DNA of 64,000 bases from Octopus vulgaris (taxonomy: Eukaryota), in the NCBI GenBank assembly GCA_951406725.2, contig OX597819.1:31558001-31622000 (forward strand), given 5' to 3'. Numbering within the stretch: the stretch's first letter is position 1; each line of letters begins with the position of its first letter. The notes beneath the pieces are model-generated. The model was not told the DNA's origin. It searched no databases and worked only from the letters and a program-made list of their open reading frames with translations. Below, in pieces: positions 54,531 through 64,000 of this stretch. The position numbers and the translations under genes were made by a program.

Positions 54531-55118
54531 AATATGCCTTAAATATGTCTTAATATGCCTTAAATATGTCTTAATATGCCTTAATAAATTGCCTTAAATA
54601 TGCATTAATAATATACCTTAATAATATGCTTTAAATATGCCTTAATATGCCTTAAGTATGCCTTAATATGCCTTAAGTATGCCTTAAATATGCCTTAATA
54701 TGCCTTAATAATATGCCTTAAATATGCCTTAATATGCCTTAATAATATGCCTTAAATATGCCTTAAATATGCCTTAATATGCCTTAAGTATGCCTTAAAT
54801 ATGCCTTAATATGCCTTAAGTATGCCATAAATATGCCTTAATATGCCTTAATAATATGGCTTAAGTATGCCTTAAATATGCCTTAATATGCCTTAATAAT
54901 ATGCCTTAAGTATGCCTTAAATATGCCTTAAATATACCTTAATATGCCTTAATAATATGGCTTAAGTATGCCTTAAATATGCCTTAAATATGCCTTAATA
55001 TGCCTTAATAATATGCCTTATGTATGCCTTAAATATGCCTTAATATGCTTTAAATAAATATGCCTTAAATATGCCTAAATAATATGCCTTCAATAATATG
55101 CCTTAAATATGCCTTAAA
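54531..55118. repeat. Minisatellite with core TATGCCTTAA (10, 11 and 13-bp units)
   Basis: Units AATATGCCTT, AAATATGCCTT, AAGTATGCCTT, AATAATATGCCTT. Confidence 0.95.
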
Positions 55119-55594
55119 AACGCACGGCACGTCTGCAAAGTAAATGCAAACCAATGTTCGAGAATGTCTAGTCGAGAACATTGCTACTCAGAGTTTCATA
55201 TTTGCATTACTGCAGACAATGGGAGAAATCGGGGTAATAAATACATACTTAAAGAATGAACCGCATTATTATTAAAAAAATTAGGCTCTTGTCACACATC
55301 ATCCATCGAGTGTTTTATGTAATGCAGATAGAAAACTCAGAGCAATGGCGGCGTTCTAGAGTATATAGGAATTATATCACTAGGTATATTTCACTCTATA
55401 CCTTTATCAAATACCTGTGCTTTTGATTCATGTTAATTCTACATGTAAGTATGTACGCACGCCAGTGTGTTTGTATACACGTATATATGTATGCATATCT
55501 GTCTGTCAGTCTGTCTCTGCCTCTCTGTCCGTCTCCCTCTCTCTCTCTTTATCTATCTATCTACTTGTCTGTTTTTTCATATGTATCGCATTTA

Positions 55595-55634
<40 letters not shown>

Positions 55635-55635
<1 letters not shown>

Positions 55636-55870
55636 TCTTTTACTCTTTTACTTGTTTCAATCATTTGACTGCGGCCATGCTGCAGCACCGCCTTTAGTCG
55701 AGCAAATCGACCCCAGGACTTATTCTTTGTAAGCCTAGTACTTATTCTATCGGTCTCTTTTGCCGAACCGCTAAGTTATGGGGCTAAGTTACGTGGATGC
55801 AAACACACCAGCATCGGTTGTCAAGCGATGTTGGGGTGACAAACACAGACACACAAACATATACACACAC
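55635..55870 (-). mobile_element. SINE family B 3' half
   Basis: CTCTTTTACTCTTTTACTTGTTTC.. tail. Confidence 0.88.
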
Positions 55871-55874
55871 ACAT

Positions 55875-55957
<83 letters not shown>

Positions 55958-57026
55958 TTTGAGGGAATATGAATCCAAACTTACAGGGAAAAAAAATTCA
56001 ATTTAGAAATACAAATCAAATTTCACACAATATAATATATATATATATTTATAAATGGGGGTTTATACGATTTTGCCCAGAAATTACGTTTTCAAAATTT
56101 TAATCTCCCCGCCCTTGTCCCCCCGCAATTTCTCAATTTCTCAATTTGTAACATCTTTTCGATTTTTTTTTTAGCTACGTAGAAAAATACGGAGATTACG
56201 AATCTGGAAAAAAAAAATATTTTTTAAAGTTTAATTTTTCTTAAAGAAAGACTCAATGCCCTTTTTCCCACCTCGCCCATTTATCACCTACCCGCTGTCA
56301 AAGAGCTTTCAAAGAGCTAAAATTTTTCAATTTCGCCTGATGTTTCACGCATGCGTAGAATTGTACTGAAATAGCAGACGTAAAAAATACCAGGCCACCA
56401 CCACCTGAAAACCCGACATGCTAGAAACAGCAAGTAAACGACATTATTTCTGAAGAAACTTCCTCGCTTTCCAAAAAGCTAAAAGTGAAACATTGGGAAT
56501 TTGTAGCTTTTTGAAAGTGGTGAAATGATGGGTGTTGGGGAAGGAGATTTTAGGGTTTCTTTAAGAAAAAAGAGAGAAGAAAATTCTTAAAGATTCGTAC
56601 TCTCTGTTTTTTTCCCCGTGGATTTTCAAGAAAAAAAAATTGGAAAAAAGTAAAAGAAATGAAGAAATTGAGGTGGGGAGGGAGAAAACTAAAATATTGA
56701 GAGCGTGTTTTTTTGGTGGAATCCTAATCTCCTGCATCGAAAACATAGGAATCGGAAGAAATTTAGGGAAAACTAAGGCTGAAGTGGGGGCGCAAATGCC
56801 ACCTCGGACATGCTAGAAAGAACGGGTAAAGGTCAGGATTTCTGGAAAAACTTCCTTTTAAGTTTATATCGAAGATCAGGTTTTTATATACGCTCATCAC
56901 AAGCACAAATTACAGAATATAAAAAAAGGTCATTTCAATTGGATTTGAGCTGTAATTTTGCGCGTGGACATAGCAAGCAATAACATAATTCGTACAGATG
57001 TTTTACCTAGAGTGTGTATGTGTGTG

Positions 57027-57067
<41 letters not shown>

Positions 57068-57489
57068 CAAAGGAAGTTATTTTATCGCATTCTTTCGTTT
57101 GAAGCAGCAAAGTTGTCAACTCGATCATATGGTATCATGTGATTGTTTTTTCATTTCTTTATGTTTTGAAGTGAGCAGAAATTGAATGAGAGGAGAAAGG
57201 GAAAAGGCGACATTTGCTTTGAAGTGAGAGCAGAAAGTGAAAGAGAGGAGAAAGGGAAAGATATATGTACATATATATAAAGTGGACGTGTCTGTGTGTG
57301 CGTGTGCGTGATAGAGAGAGAGAGAGTGAAGGCGTGTGTTGTCATGTATGTAATTTTTTGCATGCATGTGTGAGTGGCACTCACTCGCTTTCTCTCTCTC
57401 TCTCACACACACACATTATCTTTCATATACACGTACATAAAAGCATATGCATGCATCTTTTTTTTATGTATCAGAGCGTGTGCGTGTGC

Positions 57490-58200
57490 ATGTGAAGGAA
57501 TTTTTGAACGAGCTAGCATCAATCGCAAGTTTGTTTCTAACCCACAAGCATTATTTAAAAAAGTGGGGAAGGAAAACATTACCATTAAGAAAGCTCCCTC
57601 TCAAGAAGATCTACAATCATTCTGGTCGAAACATTTGGAACGAAAACAGGGATTTCAATCAGAATGCATCATGGTTAAATATAATTGAGAGAAAATACTG
57701 CACGAACACTAACAATAAAACATACAAACTTGATACAGAAACTTTCGCTATAGTGGTAGACAAATTTGAAAACGGGAAGGCACCTGGAAGAGACCTAATA
57801 GTAGCAAGTTGACATTTTATAGAAACCAGTTGATATGTATGTTCAAAAGGACTATGGAAGGTCAGACTAATATACCAAATTGGCTTGCTTCAGCAAAGAC
57901 AAATCTTGTCAAAAATGAAATCACCGAGATAGCAGGAAAATACAGACCCGTTGCTTGTCTAAGCATTATGTACAAACTGTACACAAATTGACTCAACGAA
58001 TTCCTCCAGGACCATTTTGAGTCGGACAACATTGTGATTGATGAACAGGCTGGTGGAAAGAAGGGAGTGTGGGGATGTGCCAACAACTTTTAATAAACAG
58101 AGCTGTACTGTCTGAAGTAAGAAAACAGCGTAGAGTCTTTGAGACACTAGAATCATTCAACTCTATCCCTTATTCATGGCTGTTGAAGTGCCCACATCTG
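57490..58200 (+). mobile_element. R4/Dong-like LINE internal fragment
   Basis: NGKAPGRDLI, YRPVACLSIMYKLYT, GGKKGVWGC. 57812-58200 is homologous to the reverse complement of 25900-26304. Confidence 0.85.
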
Positions 58201-58252
58201 GCATACATACATGCATACAAACCCACACAAACGCATACGCATATACATGTGT

Positions 58253-58317
<65 letters not shown>

Positions 58318-58349
58318 CGTACGTGTATGTATTACTGCATTTTCTCCAT

Positions 58350-58585
58350 TCTCAAGTGAAGCAAGAACACACACGAAGACGAAAAATGTCGCTGAAGAGG
58401 TCACAGATATGTGTTGAAAAATTTCGGGACAATCGACATGAATTAAAAATAAAATAAGAACAGTAATAAACGAGTGAAGAAATAGATATATAGTGCGTGT
58501 GTTTATTTGACAGAAAAAAAAATGACCATCCCGAAATACAAGAATATCGGTTTCAACACACGATTTCACATCAGGAATTTTTAAA
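58350..58585 (+). mobile_element. Penelope-like pseudo-LTR fragment with decayed hammerhead-like motif
   Basis: Homologous to 11150-11390; CTGAAGA-GGTCAC-AGATAT-GTGTT-GAAA at 58392-58419. Confidence 0.5.
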
Positions 58586-58654
58586 CACAATCGATAGCCG
58601 TTATATATATATAAGCTTCTTACCACACAGCCACGCCTGCGCCTATATATATAT

Positions 58655-61653
58655 GGCGTGGGGTTTGCCGTGAGGAACAGCTTGCTCCCCATGGTGATCC
58701 CTCCTTTAAGTGGCTCAGAGCGCATCCTCACTCTTAACCTTGCAACATCAACGGGGAAGGCAAACATAATTAGTGCTTATGCCCCAACACTCCACTCTCC
58801 TCAGGAAGTAAAAGACCGGTTCTATGAGGAGCTCGACGCCACCATCAGCCAGATACCAGGGTCGGAGCCCATCTTCCTTCTGGGCGACTTCAACGCAAGG
58901 GTGGGATCCGATCATGGGGCATGGCCAGATTGCCTTGGACGCTTTGGCGTGGGGAAGGTGAATGAGAATGGCCAGAGACTGTTGGAGCTTTGCTCTTACC
59001 GGAAACTCTGCGTTTCCAACACATTCTTCATGACTAAGCCGCATCACCAGGTCTCATGGAGGCACCCAAGGTCCGGACACTGGCACCAACTGGACATGGT
59101 CATCACCCGGCGAGCCCACCTCGGCAGTGTGCTTCTCACACGCAGCTACCATGGTGCTGACTGTGATACAGACCACTCTTTGGTGTGCAGCAGGGTCCGA
59201 TTGGCCCCAAAGAAAATAAACCGTCCCGTAGGGAAAAGCCGACCACGCATCAACACCACCAGGACAACCAACCCCGACCTCCGCTCGGAATTCACCAACC
59301 GCATGGAGGAGGCCCTTAAAGATCACGCAGCCACGTCCATCGAGGAGAGATGGCAGATTATTCGCGACACCACTTGCAGAATAGCCATGTCATCCCTAGG
59401 AAAGAGGGAGCGGAGAAATCAAGACTGGTTTGAAGCTCACCTGCCTGAGATGGAGCCTGTCATTGCTGCCAAGAGGGAAGCACTGGTCAACTATAAGCGC
59501 GACCCATCAGAAAAGAACCTGGCTACTCTGAGAACAGCCAGAAGCGACGTCCAGAGGACGGCCAGACGTTGCGCCAACATCTACTGGCAGAACTTATGCC
59601 AGAACATCCAGTGCTGTGCTGACAGTGGTAACGTGAAAGGGATGTACGAGGGGATGAAGAAAGCATTCGGGCCCACTGTCAGAAAGGTTGCTCCACTGAA
59701 GTCCAGAGATGGCGAGGTCATCAAGGACCAAGCGAAGCAGATGGAGAGGTGGGTCGATCATTACCAGAACCTCTACTCCACTGAGAATGTGGTCACCAGG
59801 TCTGTCCTCGCCGGCATTCCTGCTCTGCCTGTCATGGAGGAGCTTGACCTGCCTCCAACAAAGGAAGAACTGAGCAAAGCAATTGACTCACTCGCTCGGG
59901 GCAAGGCACCAGGGCAAGACGGCATCCCCGCAGAAGTCATCCAGTGCGGGAAGCCAGCCCTTCTGGGCCATCTCCACGAGCTGCTCTGTCAGTACTGGGA
60001 GGAGGGCTCTGTCCCTAAGGATATGCGTGACGCAAACATCATCACACTGTATAAAAACAAAGGGGACAGAAGCGACTGCAATAATTACAGGGGCATATCA
60101 CTGCTCAGCACTGTCGGTAAGGCATTTGCCAGGGTGGTCCTGAAGAGGTTGCAAATACTTGCAGAGCGTGTGTACCCCGAGTCTCAGTCTGGCTTTAGGG
60201 CAGAGAGGTCTACAATTGACATGATCTTCTCACTCAGGCAGCTTCAAGAAAAGAGTCGAGAACAGAGACAGCCCCTATACGTGGCCTTCATCGACCTGGC
60301 TAAGGCGTTCGACTCAGTCAGCAGGGAGGGGCTGTTTGCGCTCCTGGGTAGGATAGGTTGCCCTCCCAGACTGCTGAAACTCATCACCTCCTTTCACGAC
60401 GGTATGCAGGGAACAGTGCAGTTTGACGGATCGCCCTCGGAGTCATTCCCCATCCAGAGTGGAGTGAAACAGGGTTGCGTTCTGGCGCCGACGCTCTTCG
60501 GAATTTTCTTCTCCCTTGTCCTGTCCTATGCCTTCAGAACGTCCGACGACGGAGTGTTCCTCCACACCAGGGCTGATGGTGGATTGTTCAATCTTGCGCG
60601 CCTCAGAGCTAAGACCAAAGTCCGTCAGGTGCTGATCAGAGAGATCCTCTTTGCTGACGATGCCGCCCTAACATCACACAACCAACCGGGTCTCCAGAGG
60701 CTGGTCAGCTCCCTGGCGGATGCCTGCCAAGAGTTCGGCCTTACCATCAGCCTGAAAAAGACAGAGATCATGGGCCAGGACGTCGGAGGGGTCCCCAGCA
60801 TCAGTGTCGGCGACCACAGCTTGCAGGTGGTGAACGAGTTCACTTACCTGGGATCGACGGTCTCCAGCAGCCTGTCCCTCGAGCCGGAGCTGAACAGACG
60901 GATTGGGAAGGCTGCTGCTGCCATGGCTAAGCTCTCCAGGAGAGTGTGGGAAAACAACATGCTCACAATAACCACCAAGATCGCAGTGTACCGAGCCTGC
61001 GTGCTGAGCACCCTACTCTACGGCAACATACACCCGGCTGGACAACATACACCCGGCAGGAATGCCGCCTCAGCGGCTTCCACATGCGGTGTCTTCGACG
61101 GATCCTTGGCATCTTCTGGAAGGACCGAGTACCAAACGGAGTCATCCTGGAACAGACTAATATGCCAAGCATGTATGCCCTCCTCGTGCGGAGACGACTG
61201 CGCTGGCTCGGACACGTCTGCCGCATGCAGGACGGTCGCATGCCTAAAGACATCCTGTACAGCGAACTCACCACGGGATCCCGACCCAAGGGACGTCCAC
61301 AGCTACGATACAGGGACGTGTGCAAGCGCGACCTGAGGACTGCCAACATCTGTGTGGACACGTGGGAGGAAACAGCTGCTGACCTCTCTGCCTGGCGTCG
61401 GACGGCGAGGAAAGGCGTTTCCATGGCTGAGGAGAGGAGAGCACAGCTGTGGTTGGACAGGCGGGACAGGAGGAGGACAACTGCAGCAACACTCCACACG
61501 TACCCATCGATGTTCGTGTGCAGCAACTGTACCAAGGACTGCCACTCTAGAATTGGACTGTTCAGTCACAGCAGACGCTGCACATCATCAAAGTAGGCCC
61601 CACCCTTGGCGCAACCCATTGTCTATCAAGACAGATCGGGGATAAAGAAAGAA
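58655..61653 (+). mobile_element. Young, slightly 5'-truncated RTE-clade LINE inserted in (TA)n
   Basis: APE + RT ORF, short 3' UTR with TGTCTATCAAGACA hairpin and (GAAA) tail. Confidence 0.97.
58658..61596 (+). CDS. RTE endonuclease-reverse transcriptase, single frameshift near 61025-61038
   Basis: SAYAPT, LLGDFNARVG, DTDH (APE). NYRGISLLS, QSGFR, FIDLAKAFDSV, GVKQGCVLAPTLF, LFADD, FTYLGS (RT). C-terminus in the 60946-61596 frame (RRRLRWLGHV, CSNC..H zinc-finger-like end). Confidence 0.93.
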
Positions 61654-61655
61654 TG

Positions 61656-61713
<58 letters not shown>

Positions 61714-61946
61714 AAAAAGGGACAGGCAAACAGGTTGCTTGACCGCATACCGAAAAAATATTTCTATTTTTTCGGTATGCGGTCAAGCAACCTGTTTGCC
61801 TGTCCCTTTTCTTATATACAATATATATACTGAACTTTACAGAAGTTCCTGCCGGTAATCGGGTATATTTACATACCGAATTCTACCAGTAAATAATTGG
61901 GGTTTTTTTAAAAGCCTTTATAGAAATTATTTACTCTCATTATTAT

Positions 61947-62053
<107 letters not shown>

Positions 62054-62095
62054 TGTATATGTATATATATGTATATGTATATATATATGTATATA

Positions 62096-62137
<42 letters not shown>

Positions 62138-62387
62138 CATAGGCACACAGATCCAGATCATTGGGTTGGCTTTGCGAACGAAGTTTCCTGGGAGAGGTGG
62201 CTGCCCACAAACGACTGCAAACTCGCTGGTGGCTGACGAGGCTAATACGTGACTAACACACCCGACGTGACTAACACACTCGGCTGTGGCGGCTGCAAAG
62301 GAAATCGTTTAGTGTTTGGTGCTGCTGTGTTACGGTTCGTTTTTCATTTCCTCTTTGTTATCGACGCCAGCCTTCCTCGTCCTCCAG

Positions 62388-62423
62388 CACCATCATCATC
62401 ATCATCACCACCAGCACCACCAC

Positions 62424-62461
<38 letters not shown>

Positions 62462-62594
62462 CCACCATCATCATCATCATCATCATCATCATCACCACCA
62501 CCACCACCACCACCACCCACCCACCACCACCATCATCATCATCATCATCATCACCACCACCACCACCACCACCATCATCATCATGATCATCATC

Positions 62595-62647
<53 letters not shown>

Positions 62648-62772
62648 TACCGTCGTCGTTGTCATCATGATCGCCATCGTCTTCGCCGCCATCTTTTTCG
62701 TCGTCTTCGTCGTTGCTGGCGTCGTTATCATCATCATCGTCATCATCGTCATCATCATCAGAAGCAGGAGTT

Positions 62773-62838
<66 letters not shown>

Positions 62839-62840
62839 AC
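62388..62840. repeat. (CAT/CAC)n and (CAG)n compound trinucleotide repeat
   Basis: Read directly. Confidence 0.95.
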
Positions 62841-63103
62841 TGGATTTGTCTTGTTTTCCATTCATCGTCATCATCATCGTCAATGTTGTCATCATAGACG
62901 TCTTCAACGCCGTCGTCCTCGTCATTACGGAGTCGCAGACGTAAGTGCATGCGCACACCCGCTTACACACCCGTACATACAGACACACACACACACACAT
63001 GCACGCATGCACGTGCATATGCGCGCACTTACTCAAACATGCTAAAAAAAAAAAATACCGCCGTAGACAGCGAACGTACACGTCAACATACATAGCCGAG
63101 GCG

Positions 63104-63182
63104 GACATACAGACATACAGACATACAGACATACAGACATACAGACATACAGGCATGCAGACATACAGGCATGCAGACATAC
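63104..63182. repeat. (CAGACATA)n octamer repeat
   Basis: Read directly. Confidence 0.85.
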
Positions 63183-63617
63183 AAAAGTACATGTCTGCAC
63201 ATAAAGACGCCGTGACACACAAACCACCCTCCTCACCGCACACCCCACACAGAAACACGCGCGCGTAGACTTACACCCACACACCCACACACACACTCAC
63301 ACACACACACACACATACACACACACACACGGATGCACACGTAGAAACACGCATCTATACATAGACACCCACTCATATAGCTTGATACAGAAATGCATAT
63401 CTGCACTGTCACTCAAGAGACACACATGCGCACGCATGCGCATATACGCCCATCACACACACACACACAACAACAACAACAACAACACACACACATACGC
63501 GCGCGCGTACTCACGCAGTCATAAATACACGTGTACGTAAAGACACATATACACACACACACACACGTACATACGGACATACTGATAGACACAGTGAGAT
63601 AAGAAACACAGACAGAA

Positions 63618-63650
<33 letters not shown>

Positions 63651-64000
63651 GACTGCGTAATACATGGCCCCATACCACACACGCGTGCGCGCTTGCAAAC
63701 AGAAATAGAAGTGTACGTACAGAGACACAAACACGTACACACATATATATATACTGACGGGCGCAGCGAGACAGAAACACAGACACAGGAACACAGTCTG
63801 CGCAATAAATGACACCACACACACCCCCTCCCCCACCAGGCGCACCCCTCCCCAACACACACACACGCACGCACGTACGCACGCACACGCTGACAATTCT
63901 TCACACTGAAACATACATACATACATAGTCGAGATGTTCAGCAGCGAAACATTGTTGACACAAATCTTGCGAGTGACACAAATCTTGTGATGTCGAAGAC

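Noticed and set aside
54531-55118. CRISPR-like array
   Set aside because: No unique spacers, no cas genes, eukaryotic context.
56055-56960. Possible DNA-transposon-like segment
   Set aside because: No TIR, TSD or ORF that I could verify by eye.
62249-62956. Poly-His/Gln/Ala ORFs resembling a transcription factor
   Set aside because: Open in several frames with no DNA-binding domain; kept only as a weak exon candidate.

Overview
This is AT-rich, microsatellite-saturated eukaryotic non-coding DNA. The tRNA-derived SINE families and the (TATG)/(TATC)/(TA) density point to a coleoid cephalopod, most likely Octopus (inference, not a database result). I find no recognisable host protein-coding gene, and nearly all ORF-track entries are microsatellite translations. 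Real coding content is all transposon-derived: a near-intact RTE LINE (58.66-61.65 kb, one frameshift), an internally deleted RTE with a TSD, a decayed RTE, R4/Dong-like, CR1, Tc1 and Penelope GIY-YIG remnants. There are also more than 30 SINE copies or fragments, Merlin-like, Tc2-like and mariner MITEs, non-autonomous Helitrons and a tRNA-Leu pseudogene. The most interesting signal is a set of small Penelope-type elements carrying minimal hammerhead-ribozyme motifs. One locus (50.36-51.12 kb) has an inverted-plus-tandem pseudo-LTR arrangement with an intact core, and two copies of another family have a non-canonical CUGU(U/A)GA core plus an extra A. Recurring 43-55 bp fold-back hairpins are also embedded in microsatellites. 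Coordinates of decayed repeats are approximate.
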